64,000 bases of DNA from Ministeria vibrans ATCC 50519. Taxonomy: Eukaryota > Protista > Filasterea. Every line of letters starts with the position of its first letter. The stretch's first letter is position 1. The stretch covers positions 25,474 to 89,473 of the forward strand of contig CALSCP010000486.1 in the NCBI GenBank assembly GCA_943704425.1, given 5' to 3'. Positions 1 through 13,608 of the stretch are shown here, in pieces. Made by a program: the position numbers and the translations under genes. The notes below the pieces were generated by a model, which saw only the letters and a list, made by a program, of their open reading frames with translations, was not told where the DNA came from and ran no database searches.

Positions 1-3000
1 CCACCGGTAAGCATCACCCCCCGTCTCCCATACGTCTAGCTCCATCGGCCGCCCCCGATGTTCCACTTACCACTCCCAATGCAAAAAACTCTCGTCTGTT
101 TTTTTATATTTTTTTCTTCTCACCTTTTTTTTTCGCTTTTCTTCTTCTGTGCTGTTTGCACCGCAGGGATATGACAATCCACAACTTGTACGAGGACCTC
201 AAGGATGGCATTTACCTGTTCAACTTGTGTCAGCTCATCTCGGGCAAGAAAGTCGGCTCGATCAACACCAACCCGAAACGGCCCATCCAACGGTCAGAGA
301 ACCTCTCCAAATCGTTTGACTTTCTTCTCAGTGAGGGTGTCAAACTCATCAACATCGATCCCAAGACAATCGAGTCGGGCACCGAGTATCTCATTCTCGG
401 TCTCATGTGGGCTATCATCAACACGTACCAAGTCAAGGGCGGCGGTACTGCGGGAGGCGAAGCCAAGGCACTCACCCTTGCCTGGTACGCTAATGTGTGT
501 CGCTGTGTGTTGTGTCCCTTGTTTCCTTCAACTCTCTCATGTTTTTCTCTTGCGCACAACGTCAATAGGATGTCCGATGTCATTGGTGCGCCAGTGAAGT
601 CGCTCAAGGATATGGTGGATGGCCAGATACTCTCGCGCGTGGTCAATGGTGTAGCGCGCGCCGATCCTGAACTCCGACGCGATCTCATCGACATCGACAC
701 GCTCGATTTGAGCGAAGGTCAGAAGAATAATAAGCATGCCATTGAATTGGCCGATTCACTTTTGGGTGTGCCAGCCATCATTGAGGAGGACTGCTTTAAA
801 AAGAGCTCGCTCGATGAGCTCTCCATCATGACCTACTTGGGCCTGCTGCGCGAGCTTGCCGACGAAAACAAAAGCAAGAGCGATGCCGCAGCGGCCACCG
901 CCGATTCGTCACCGCCCACTTCTCGCTTTGCATTGCGCCGCGAATCGGCTGGTCGTCCCAGCAGTGGCGCCCCCTCTGCGCCACCGCAGCAACTCGTCAT
1001 TGATGGTCCTACCAAAACGACACTCACCGTCTACCAGGAGATCAGCATCCCACTGCGCGCTCAACTGCTTGATGGCCAAGCGTGGAACACGGGAGGTGCG
1101 TCGGTCACGGTCGAGTCGTCGTGCGCTCCTGAATTTCTTGCCTGGTCCGTCAGCGACAACAGCGACGGCTCCTACACCCTCACCGTCACTCCACGCACCC
1201 CCGGCGAGACAAGCGTTGTCGTGAAAATCAACGGCGACGCTGCACGAAACGGTCCTCTGGTGCTCATAGTTTTGCCGCTTGCCAACGGTATTGCTTTTGT
1301 TCAACAAGACATTGCTCCCGCCACCTGCATGAGCACGTTCAAGTTCCAACTCACCTACGATGGCGCACCTGTCACCGATATGCCCGACAACGTGCTCTGC
1401 GATGTTGAGATCAGCACGGCCGGTGCGGTAGTTCTCGATGATTTGGGTCGCGGCAAGTTCTTCTGCGAATTTACCCCGGATTCTGCTGGGCTCATCAACT
1501 GCGCAATTTTCTTTGACGGCCGATCCGTCGGCACCTGTTCATTTGATGTGAAGCCTCGCACTGCGACGCTGTGCATTACCACCCTAGACGACGACGCGCC
1601 CTTGTCCACCACCGGTGACCCCTCAACTGTCACGCTGGCCGTCCATGACGATTACACCGATGTGCTTATCGACGATATTAGGGCCGATGATGTTCTTGTG
1701 CGTGCCTCGCCCGAAGACAGCTGCAAAATTGGCGGTGTTCATAGCTCTGCCCAGGGCTTCACAGTCGAAGTGGTGCCCCTGATTGCAGGCAAGTTCGGCC
1801 TTGTCGTACAGGCGACGACTCCCTACGGCCTGGTGGCGCGTGGTGAGCAGTTCTTTACTATCAGCAATCCGCTGTTGCGTGGCTCCCTCAGCGAGGTCTC
1901 TGGTACTGCTGGTCATCCGTGTAGTTTTGAGCTGCACGTCGAGCGAGATGGACATTCCTGCAAGAAGGTGAGTGCGGCGCAGTCAAACGTTGTGCTCGAT
2001 GGCATCCACCTTGCGCCCATTGCGCATGAGATCAAGGTTGCCGACTTGGATGGCCTCGAGGGCGGCCTCACCTGCACGTTTGCCCCACCAGTACCAGGCG
2101 ACTACAAGCTGAGCGCCTCATGTTTTGGCGTGCCCGTTTCGCTTGATGCCAATGCAAAAATTCACATTGACGCGCTGCCCCCGCGTGTTTTTTCCGTCTC
2201 CATTGCGCCTCTTCCCGTTGTCGAGGGCTGTCGTTCGACAGTGAGCGTTGCCATGATCAACGAATACGATGGCGAACCCGTAAGCGAAGATGCACTTCCT
2301 CTCGACCGTGTCTGCCTGTCCATTGCCCCCACCGGCGACACCGTTCCTGCGACGCGTGTCTCGGCCGGCGGTGTCTACGAAGTCGACTGGACCCCTGCCG
2401 CAAGCGGACCGCACCACGCGACACTGCTTGTCTGCAATGAGCGTGCGCTGGACACACACGGCACAGTCAAGGGTGCCGTTGAGATCGCCGTGTCTGCGCC
2501 TGCGCCTCCCGTCGTGCACACGGTTGCGGTGGCCACACAGACACAGCTGGAAATGGACGAGATGCAAGAGCAAGACCGCCAGCGAAGCAGTCTCAAGGTG
2601 CGTGTGGACTTTCTAAGTAATGTCTGGGATTTGTCCGTCCCTTCGAGTTTTCGCCAAGTCCTCGATCGGGTCAAGTCCTTCCCGGGGGTAATCATTTTCA
2701 ATATCTCTTGCCATCTTCGCAATTTTGATGTCGCTGCCTATTCCCGTTGGCTCTTGCTCTCTCTTTTGTCAACCCCATAGCGCTTCGCCTCCATCGTATG
2801 TGCTGTGTTTGTTTTGTTTTTTCAAGTTCTTTGTTTATGTGCTTTATTGTGAATTAGTTGTGTTTTGTATTTTCCAAATGAAAATATTTCATCTTGACTG
2901 TAAAAATAATGACTATAATAATTCTCTTGAAGGAAAATGTTATAATAATAAGAATAATAATAATTATTATTATTATAATATTTTTATTATTATGGTTGTT

Positions 3001-5654
3001 ATTATTGTTCTGATGTTTGTGAGGGTGTTCTTTTCTGTGACTGCAAAAGCAAAAACGAAAGCGTGCTCCATTTCTGATCAATGGTTTTTGGCTATTAGGC
3101 TGAAGTGGACCGGGCGAAACGGAGCCTTGAGGATGTGGGCGAGCAGCTGCATACGGAGAGCCAGACCGCACAGGAGCTGCAGAAGAAACTGGATGCGGCG
3201 GTGAAGCAGAATGAGCAGCTGGGAGCGGACTTGGAGGCGCAACGGAAGCAGGTTGAGGATTTGAAAAAGAAGCTGGATGGGGCGTTGGCGGATGCGCGTG
3301 CAGGGGAGGAACGCCATCGCAGTGTAGTGGCGGAGATGGAGGAGACAAACCAGCGACGTATTGTACGTGAGAAGGATAATCGAGCGGCGCGTGAGGCAGC
3401 CGAGGCAAGCGCGCAGAATGCTCAAGGGGAGGTGATGGCTGCTCGTGAGGCACTGGTGCGTGAGAAAACGGAAGCACAGCGGGAGTTGGAGGGACTGCGA
3501 GCCGAGCAGGAGCGATTGAGATCTGAGGCGGAGGCGGAACAGGGCCATCTTCAAGCTGAGCTGGAGCGATTAAGCACTGAGCTGGAGAGGGTGCGATCCG
3601 ATATGGGTTCGGAGAATGAGCGGTTGCGTGAAGCTGGCGCCAAGGCGGAGGAGGATTTGGTTAGAGCGCATATGATGCGTGAGCGGGAGAGACTTGCAAG
3701 CGAGGATGATCTCAAGCAACTGCGTGAAGAGATGGAGAAGGCACGAAAGAAGGGCGAGGAGGAGAAGCAGCAGCTTAAGGATGCGCTGACAGCGGCCGGG
3801 GATGATCTCAAGCAACTGCGTGAAGAGATGGAGGAGGCACGAAAGAAGGGCGAGGAGGAGAAGCAGCAGCTTAAGGATGCGCTATTGGCAGCGGCGGGGG
3901 ATGATCTCAAGCAACTGCGTGAAGAGATGGAGGAGGCACAAAAGAAGGGCGAGGAGGAGAAGCAGCAGCTTAAGGATGCGCTGACAGCGGCGGGGGATGA
4001 TCTCAAGCAACTGCGTGAAGAGATGGAGGAGGCACGAAAGAAGGGCGAGGAGGAGAAGCAGCAGCTTAAGGATGCGCTGACAGCGGCGGGGGATGATCTC
4101 AAGCGACTGCGTGAAGAGGTGGAGGAGGCACGAAAGAAGGGCGAGGAGGAGAAGCAGCAGCTTAAGGATGCGCTGACAGCGGCGGGGGATGATCTCAAGC
4201 GACTGCGTGAAGAGATGGAGGAGGCACGAAAGAAGGGCGAGGAGGAGAAGCAGCAGCTTAAGGATGCGCTGACAGCGGCGGGGGATGATCTCAAGCAACT
4301 GCGTGAAGAGATTGAGGAGAAGCACAAACTTCAGGATGCGCTGACAGTGGCGGGGGATGATCTCAAGCAACTGCGTGAAAAGATGGAGGAGGCACAAAAG
4401 AAGGGCGAGGAGGAGAAGCACAAACTTCAGGATGCGCTATTGGCAGCGGAGAAGGAGCGTGATCGACTGGGCAAGGCACTGGAACAGGGTGCCGGTGAGC
4501 AAGGTCAGGAAGTGAAGCGACTCTGTGAGGAACTGTCACAGGCCCAGCAGCGCGAGAAGAAGCTCGCACAAGCGAGTGCTGCGGCGGAGAAACTGGCTGG
4601 GGAGGAACTGTCAGCGGCAAAGAAGAGTGCAGCGGAAGCGCAGAACGATTTGCAGGGACGATTGACAGCGGCCGAGAAGGCACGCGACAAGTTGGAGCGG
4701 GTGGGACATGATGCCACCAGGGCATTGGAGAAGCGTCTGGTCAGTGCCGAGAAGGAGCGAGATGCGGCCAAGAAGGGACTGGAAAAGGCAGAGAAGGCGC
4801 GCGATGACGCGGTGCGGGCACGCGACAATGCACTGCGAGCGCATGATCATGTGCAGGCGGTTGCAAATGGGCTTCATGATCGCGTGAAGGCGGCGGAGAC
4901 TGAATGCGACAAGGCTCGGGCGTCGGTTGAGGCTAAGCAGAGGCAGCTGACGGATGCGGAGCAGGAGGGAGCACGACTTGTGAAGGAACTGAAGGCACAG
5001 CCGGAAGAGCCGTCGACGAAGGAGAGCAGGGTGCTTGGCAAGGTGCTGTCGAATGCGGTGGTTTTAGCGACTGTAGCGGCAGTAGCGTGGCACACGAGTG
5101 ACATTGACACGGTGTCGAGTACGTCGCATGGGCTGTGGTGTGCGGGTTTGGGTGCATTGGCGTCGGCAAGTGCACTGGACGCGGTTGGAGTGGATCCTAC
5201 ACAGAGCATGCCTGCCCAGGTGAGTCGGGCGGTACTGGATGGCACATGGGTGACGGCGCTGCCTCTTGCAGTTGTGACGGTGCTTGTGCCGGCATTGGGT
5301 GCGATGCTGAGCAGCAGCGAGATTGTTCCTTTGCTTGTGTTGGCCACCATGGCATTGGCGACGGTGCTTGCCGTTGGGGTGTCGGAGGGCACCCGACGGG
5401 CTGTGCAAGGGGCGTTTGTGGCCAGTCAGGTGGGTTTGATGGCCGCAGCGGGTGCAGAGAAGGCGTACGTGGCCATGCTGCTGAGCGGGGCGAGTGTGAT
5501 CGGGGCGAGCGTGGTGGCAGCGCGCCAGCCCGTCCTGTGGACAGGGCAGTCTGCACCCTGGGCAGCCAACCTCGCCAAGGCCACTATTGTTGCCGCCCTG
5601 GCCGAGGCCTACCGTCCCCATGTTCAGGCCAACTCGCTCATGCCCTACAACTAA
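1..5654 (+). CDS. Large actin-binding protein (5' end outside window): tandem calponin-homology domains, filamin/Ig-like beta repeats, long coiled coil with 32-aa repeats, hydrophobic C-terminal membrane region
   Basis: CH1 motifs NLYEDLKDGIYLFNLCQLISGKK and LILGLMWAII; CH2 motifs LKDMVDGQILSRVV and LDELSIMTYL; filamin-like VSDNSDGSYTLTVTPRTPGETSVVVKING. Introns 7-166 and 485-568. A GT at 2598 and an AG at 3098 join ORF 156-2780 in phase 0 to ORF 3105-5654; this join is inferred. Confidence 0.7.
3705..4450 (+). repeat. Coding tandem repeat, about 8 units of 96 bp (DDLKQLREEMEEARKKGEEEKQQLKDALTAAG)
   Basis: GATGATCTCAAG recurs at 3705, 3801, 3900, 3996, 4092, 4188, 4284 and 4356, with near-identical DNA between. 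Confidence 0.95.
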
Positions 5655-5709
5655 ACCATACATAATCCGTCCTATGATGCAATGCAAGTATTATTATTCT
5701 TATTATTTA

Positions 5710-6702
<993 letters not shown>

Positions 6703-6880
6703 TTACCAGTACGCTCGGCAGTGGCAAAGTAGTAGTGCTGTCGGTATGGGTATCAAATGGTTGCTAACTTGCTATTGCTGATGATCAAAGCGATTGTGAA
6801 TGAGAAGTGAGGAGACTGTGCGGAACTGGAGTGTTGTTTGTTTTGGCTACTTTCACACTTTTTGCAAAACTCTCAACACC

Positions 6881-7914
6881 ATGTCGAACTGTACGGTGAA
6901 GCTGTTTGCCTCCACCAAGTTTGCTCTGGGTGAGGGTGCACTGTGGGACTCGCGGAAGGGACGGCTGCTGTTCATTGACATTCTTGGCGGGAATGTTTAC
7001 TGCATCGACGAAGAGGGACGCCACCAGACGACGCTGGCGGCCTTCGACGGGATGGTCGGGACAGTAGTGCCCCGGGCAAGCGGCGGTGTGGTGGTGGGGG
7101 CGGCGAAGGGGTTTGTGGCGGTGGACGAGGCTGGGGCGACGACCCTGCTGGCGGCGGTGGAGGCGGAGACGCCCACGACGCGACTCAACGACGGCAAGTG
7201 CTGTCCATCGGGCCGCCTTGTCGCCGGGACCATGCTTGTTGATGATGCTGATAGTTCTCCGCCGGCCGGGTCGCTCTACGCGCTTGACGGCGAAGCTGGT
7301 GTCAAGAAATTGTTTGGAGACGCAAAGGTAGAAGAAGCAAACTGTAACACTCGTAGACAATGAGAGAAACGTGACCAGGATGGAAATTTAGATTCCAAAC
7401 GGAATTGTGTGGACGAAAGACAGTAAGACGATGTACTGGATTGACAGTCCACTGCGAACAGTGTTTGCATTTGACTGGGATGTAAGTGAGGGCACCGCAA
7501 GCAATCGACGAGCTGCGATAGTGTGGACCGACCCTACGTGGGGCGTGCCGGACGGTTGTACCATTGACAATGGTAGGAAGACACAATGGACTAACGAGGC
7601 TATTCTCTGAGAGAGACTAATCAATGTGGTAACGTGTGACGATAGAGGACAATCTATGGATTGCGCACTGGGATGGAGGGCGAGTGACGCAGTGGGACCC
7701 GCGCACCCGCACACTGCTGGCGACGGTACCGATTCCTGCGCCACGCGTCACCTCCGTGGCGTTCGGGGGAGCACAGCTCAACACACTGTATGTGACAACG
7801 GCGCGAGTGGGTCTGGATGCAGCTGCATTGGCGCAGGCACCCGAGGCCGGGTCGATCTTCCGCGTGGACGGCACGGGGGCCACGGGCGTACCGAGCACAG
7901 AGTATGCCCACTAG
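6881..7914 (+). CDS. SMP-30/gluconolactonase/regucalcin family protein
   Basis: LGEGALWD, RLNDGKCCPSGRL, IPNGIVW, YWIDS, GVPDGCTID, VTSVAFGG; introns 7328-7391 and about 7573-7645. Confidence 0.9.
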
Positions 7915-7971
7915 TGTAGCGAAGGGTATCTTTGATGATGTTGTTGATGGTGGTGGTATATGGTACACATG

Positions 7972-8423
7972 TTACATGCTTTCGGTGAAGAAGCGCTTTC
8001 CCATCTCGTACGATGAGATCATAATGGCACAGGCAGGCGCAACCTACCAAAAAGCGAGGATCGGGCATGAGCAAGAGAAACGCTCCAATGGAATTTATGG
8101 AACCGTACCTTAATGACTCTGGGAAGCACTCCCACAAACAGTCCTGAGAATCCCTCTACGCTCACAATCCGCTGTAGGTCCTGCCATAGCCCCTGCGCTC
8201 CCTGTGCCCCTCCGCCCCGTCTACGGCCCTTCACGCCATCTACACACACCCACACACAGTCACGAAGAGGAATGGGGGAACATGCGTATTGTCTTACATA
8301 TGGATTCGCCCACTCGCACCTGCGCATGTGTCTTCACCACCTACACGAAACACAGCACTCAACACAGACACAATGACACAGTCACAATGACACGGACACA
8401 CACACAATCACACACACACACAA

Positions 8424-8500
<77 letters not shown>

Positions 8501-9642
8501 CACAGAGAGCGCATACGTCAAAGGGTGTCGTGACCACTGCCGCCCCCATCCCTGCTACTGCCCCCGACACAAACGCACCGGCAAACGGTCCCAGGTCCGA
8601 TGTTTCCTTCAGCTGTTGTCGCATCCAGTCGTACCCAGTCCAATACAACACTAGAAGAAGAAAAAGATAGAAAGAGTGGAGTCAACTGTGGGTGGGTATT
8701 TGTGTGTGCGGTTCAAGCGTACTGCTGAAGGGCACATCGCGCAGGAGCGTCGCGGGCAGTCCGCGCCACAATGACCGCACTCCCTCTACGCGCACCGACT
8801 CTCGCATCGTCGACAGCACTCCTACATGCGTACTGCCAGTTCAGCATCCTTACGCAACACACGAACATCCGCTCGTACTCTTGTAACCCAATCCGCTTGC
8901 TTGGATTTTGGTGCGGACCATTTCCAAAGGAGAAATGGCTGTGACTGCAAACGCGCGTGAAAGTCCACCGGCCAAAGGCGCTGCCCAGCCCTCCCGCACT
9001 CGTCTGCAAGTGGCATGTGTGAGTGTAAGTGTGCATTGAAGCTGTTTCGCTTACGAGTCTGCGGCAAACTTAGCTTTGAGTTGATCATAGGCGGTAAAGT
9101 AAATCTAAGAGCCAAAGTGTGTCAAGAACATGACAACGTTGCTGCGGCGTATCGCTTGCTCGCATACCATTGTGGCCGGCACTGCCATCACAAGGGTGGG
9201 TGGGAGGCCCAGCCAGAGCGCCGAGGCGCCTTCGTTTCGAAAGATTTTCACGGCGGCGTCCAACGAGTGCCGATAGCGCGGCTCCAGCAGCTTATGCTCC
9301 GAACAGGCACACAAATGGTCCATAAGGCCATTGCAGAAGACGACGCAGGGGGCGGCAGGTCTCGCCTGTGCCTGAGAGAGTAGAGACGCGGGGGATGAGC
9401 AGGGATGACTCAACCGACCGGATGGGCGGCACGTTGCCAACTTCCCCCACGCTGGACGAGGCGCTTTGCGCAACGCAACGACAGGGATACAACTGCATGC
9501 GCCTGTTCCAAACCTGAAGTCGAGTTTTGACGACGTCCAGCGGCGTCATGAGCAGCGCAGTCAGGAAGGCGCCAGAGCACGACGCGATCATCTGCTGCCA
9601 CGGCAAAATGGCCTTCCCCGAACCGATTGTCTCGACGGACAT
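7972..9642 (-). CDS. Mitochondrial carrier of the SLC25A39/SLC25A40 (MTM1) subfamily
   Basis: LMTPLDVVKTRLQ carrier signature, subfamily loop FCNGLMDHLC, LWLGLPPTLVMAVPAT, TLLRDVPFS, TTPFDV, VAPACAIMISSYEMGK; stop at 7972-7974. Confidence 0.9.
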
Positions 9643-9773
9643 TGCAAAAGAGGTCAGTCACAAGGATGATTCAATCAATGGTGTAAGAGGGGTGTAGAAA
9701 ATAATATAATTATTATAGAATTGATTTTCATCTTTATTAATATTATTATGACTGTTACTTTTGTATGTTGGAG

Positions 9774-10892
9774 TCACCAGTCGACCATTGAGCGGGCCCG
9801 CTCAAGGATCGCCGCGTCGGCGTTGATGTGCGCCGCCGAGTAGTTCTTGCGGCGAGTGCCAACTTTGTTGATGACAATGCCAATGTTGCCGGAGAAGCGG
9901 CGAGCGAGGGCAGTACGGGCATGGCGGGCCTTGAGCTTGGACACGGCTGCCACGGCTCGCGACAGGCGTGCTCCATTGTCACTGTGCGTCGCGCCTTCGG
10001 GGTGGCTGCTGTGGCACAGGTGTCGCTCAAGGAGAGCGCGCGATGCACTTGGCTCGACTGAGTGCAGTGTGTCCATGGCCCACAGAATGTGGCGATCGTC
10101 AATGCGATCCTCAGATCGCAAGACAGTCACACGCTCGTCTGGGTGTAGGTCGTTGCGGGTGCGCAGCGCCGTGCGCTCGTCGGCCGTCAGTGTGGTGATG
10201 GTGGCGGGCAGATGCATCGCCAGACGCGCATTGGCCGTGGTCAGACGGTCAAGATGAGCGAGCATGCGCGGGTGATGTGGTAGGCATCCCTTCTCGCGCA
10301 GCAGTGCAATCACAGTCTCCGCCAGTGGGACCTTCTTGGCCTTGGTGATTTTGCGCTTTGACTCGGCTGCGTTTGCCCGATGTCCCTTGCGGCGTCGCTC
10401 TCGAAGAATCTCAGGCTCAATGGCGTCGAAGATTTCGGACATGCCACTGTCGTCGACGGACATGTTGGCGGTGGGGCTGAGAGTGCGGGGATGGAGAGTG
10501 AAGGGGCAGCAGATTGCATCAGAGGCGGAGGAAGGAAGGCCAGCAAGGGCGTCGTCGCCGTCGCCGTCGGGCAGCAGTGGAGTCGTGGTGGTGATGGTGG
10601 GGAGGGGGGGTGGTGGTGGTCGTGGTGAGGGGAGATCAAGGCTGTCGCTGGGGACAAGGTCGAGCGAATCGACGACAAAACCCCACTCGAGACGCTCACT
10701 GAGGCCGTCTGTGTGCTCGCTGGGCTCGTTGATCGCACTGTGCCATGGACGTAGCAAGCGCGGTGCAGAACGAGCGAGCGTCGTCCGAGTCGAGCGGAAC
10801 CGACTCAAAGTCGTCGTGCAGAGTAGCGAGAAGAGAGAGGTCCATGTTGCCTGTGTGTGTGCTGGAGCAGAATACGATAGGGTTGCTTGCAC
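9774..10892 (-). CDS. Hypothetical protein (acidic/Pro-rich N-terminal half, basic segment, helical C-terminal domain); true start uncertain
   Basis: 372-codon open frame with coding-like composition filling the gap between two genes; no family motif recognised. Confidence 0.6.
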   Translation of the reverse strand: MQATLSYSAPAHTQATWTSLFSLLCTTTLSRFRSTRTTLARSAPRLLRPWHSAINEPSEHTDGLSERLEWGFVVDSLDLVPSDSLDLPSPRPPPPPLPTITTTTPLLPDGDGDDALAGLPSSASDAICCPFTLHPRTLSPTANMSVDDSGMSEIFDAIEPEILRERRRKGHRANAAESKRKITKAKKVPLAETVIALLREKGCLPHHPRMLAHLDRLTTANARLAMHLPATITTLTADERTALRTRNDLHPDERVTVLRSEDRIDDRHILWAMDTLHSVEPSASRALLERHLCHSSHPEGATHSDNGARLSRAVAAVSKLKARHARTALARRFSGNIGIVINKVGTRRKNYSAAHINADAAILERARSMVDW

Positions 10893-10991
10893 TTTGTAAG
10901 TGAGAGTGGGCGGGGCCGGTGACGGAGAGCGAGGGATAGAAATAATTCTAAAACGTAAGTCTATTCATTCACGATCGTTCTTTTTTTTTCC

Positions 10992-13377
10992 ATGAGCACC
11001 GAAACTCCTCCGCCCCCGGCGCTGCAGCTGACCTACCGCGGCAGCTGCGGATGTCAGTCTTTGACGTCGCCCGAGGCGAAACCGGCAAAAAGTCAAAGGT
11101 AATCGTAAAAAGAAGATGAAAAAATTTTGACCTCTCTTTTGTAGGATTCCCGATGCCACGGCGCGCGCCATTGCTTACAGTAGCCAGGGAAAGTACCTTG
11201 CGTACTCGACCGCGGACAAGTATGGTCCTAAGAGCCTCCTCGTTTTTCTAAGATTTGTCTTTTTGCTGTTTTTTGCACTGCGCTCGTTTGCACACGCAGA
11301 GTGGTCGTTGTGGACATGCTGACGGACGAGACGGTCGAGCTGGAGCAGGCCTCGGTCGTGGCGCTGGCGTTCTCGCCGGACACGGAGGGCTCGGGTGCGC
11401 TCTACCTGTGCTGCTATGCGCGCTACTTCACGCGCGAGCAGGGCGTGGAGGGCGCCAAGAACATCAATCTGTACCGCCTGGCGACGCGCGAGCGCCTTGC
11501 CTCGTGGATTTGCAAGAGCATGGACACGTGGGAGCCACAGTGGAACAGCGACAGCACGCGGTACATGCGCCAGGCACAGCAGGGCGTCGTGGAGGCGTTT
11601 GACCCGCTGGACATTGCGAGTGGCAGCACGACACGCGTTGTTGTTGAGGGCATGCAGCAGTTTGCGGTGTCGAGCGACGCAGAACATCTTGCTGTGTATG
11701 TGCCGTCGCGCAAAGACGTCCCTGCGTCGGTTCGCATTCTTAAGGGGCCCGACTACAAGACGGTAGTGGCGCGCAAGAGCTTCTTTAAGGCAGACCGCAC
11801 GTCGATGCAGTGGAACCGACGGGGCACAGCGCTCCTCGTCAATACTGCCACGGACGTTGACCAGACCGGCAAGAGCTACTACGGCGAGACCAATCTCTAC
11901 TATCTCAGTGCCGCCGGCGACTTTGACTGTAATGTGCCACTCAGCAAAGGTACATTTCAGAGAGAGAGAGACAAGGGAGAAAGTAGAATGATAGAGAGAA
12001 AAAGAAAACAAACAAACAAAGTGATAGACGAGGGATTGATTGAGTTGTCTGTGCTTAGAGGGCCCAATCTACTCTGTTGCGTGGAACCCCAACGGACGCG
12101 AGTTTGTTGTAGTATTCGGATTTGTCCCTGCGACGTGTGTGCTCTTCGACAAGAAGTGCAAACCCATCTTCAGGTAGAGAGAGAGAGAGAGAGAGAGAGA
12201 AACAAAGTGATAGAGAGAGAGAAACAAAGTGATAGAGAGAGAGAGAAACAAAGTGATAGAGAGAGTGTGATAGAGAGAGAGAAACACAGTGATAGAGAGA
12301 GAAACTGTGTGTGTGTTTGTGTGAGTGTGTGGTGAAAGGAACTCAGTGTATTTGTCTGTGTATGTGTGTGTATGTGTGTAGCTTTGGAACGGGCCACTGG
12401 AACACCGTGTCGTACTCGCCCAACGGCACACACATTGCCATTGCGGGCTTTGGCAACATGCAGGGCGAAATTAGCATCTGGCAACGCGACTCTCTCAAAC
12501 GCCCAGTCAGGTCTGAACTTCTCTCATCCTGTGTGTGTCTGTGCTCATTTTGTGTGTAGTGAATTTAAGGCACCTGACACGACTGTGTTTGAGTGGAGCC
12601 CCGACAGTCGATTCCTTCTGGCCGCATCCACATCCCCCCGACTGCGCGTCAACAATGGCATCCGAGTATTCCATGCGAATGGTGAGCACACACTTTTCAC
12701 TCACTTACCCGCACACTCACCTCACTCATCCTCCCACTATAATAGGCACACTTGTGTTCCAGGAGGCCATTGATGAGCTGCTGGACATCAAGTGGCGTCC
12801 GGCCCTGCCGTACCTGTGGCCCCGTCGGGCCCTCACCCCACCCCCCGTCCGCGCCTCCTCCTCCACTGCCTCCTCTGCCACTGCGTCTGCCGCTGCTGCT
12901 CCGACCAAGTACGTCCCGCCCCATCTGCGCGGTAAGGCTGCTGCGTCGGCGTCCGTCAAGGCCGCACCCGTCATCCGCCTCCACACGACTGAGGCCGCCA
13001 AGGACCTCACTGTCAAGGCGGATGCGGCTGCCGCACAGACGGCCGCCGCCCTCAAGAACAAGAAGAAGCGCGAGGCCAAAAAGAAGCAGAAGGAAGAGGA
13101 GGAGGCCCGTGCTGGTCCACCTGCTGCAGCAGCAACCGCCGCCGCCGCCGCCACCGCGCCATCGGCTCCTGCTTCATCCGCATCTGCCTCTGACGACACT
13201 CTGGATGAAAAGGCCGCCACCGAGAAGAAACTGCGCAATCTGAAGAAGAAACTGCGCCAGATTGCGGACCTCAAGGCCAAGGAGTCGCGCGACGCAACGC
13301 AGCAGGAGAAGGTCGATAGCGAGCCCGGTATCCTCCAGTCCGTGGCCGAACTCGAGGCGCGTCTCGCGCAGCTGTGA
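10992..13377 (+). CDS. EIF2A: Eukaryotic translation initiation factor 2A (beta-propeller)
   Basis: KSFFKAD, TDVDQTGKSYYGETNLY, IAGFGNMQGEI, EWSPDSRFLLAASTSPRLRVNNG, KYVPPHLR, KKLRNLKKKLRQIADLK. Confidence 0.93.
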
Positions 13378-13608
13378 ACTGAGAATGAAAGCAAACAACC
13401 ATGCTGATTGCAATGCTTATTATTGTTATCAACTATTGACTGTTTATTGGCGTGTTAATGCACGCGTAGCCCACGGTGCACGATAACTAGTATTCGATCA
13501 AATGTTTTATAGTAATTTTGAATGTTTTTAATTGTATTAAAAATTATTATTCACTTTTTTTTCTAGTCATCTTTCTCTTCACTCCCCACCCTCCACATCT
13601 AAAACACA

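Noticed and set aside
3705-4450. Regular repeats as a CRISPR-like array
   Set aside because: No unique spacers, in-frame coding repeat, eukaryotic context.
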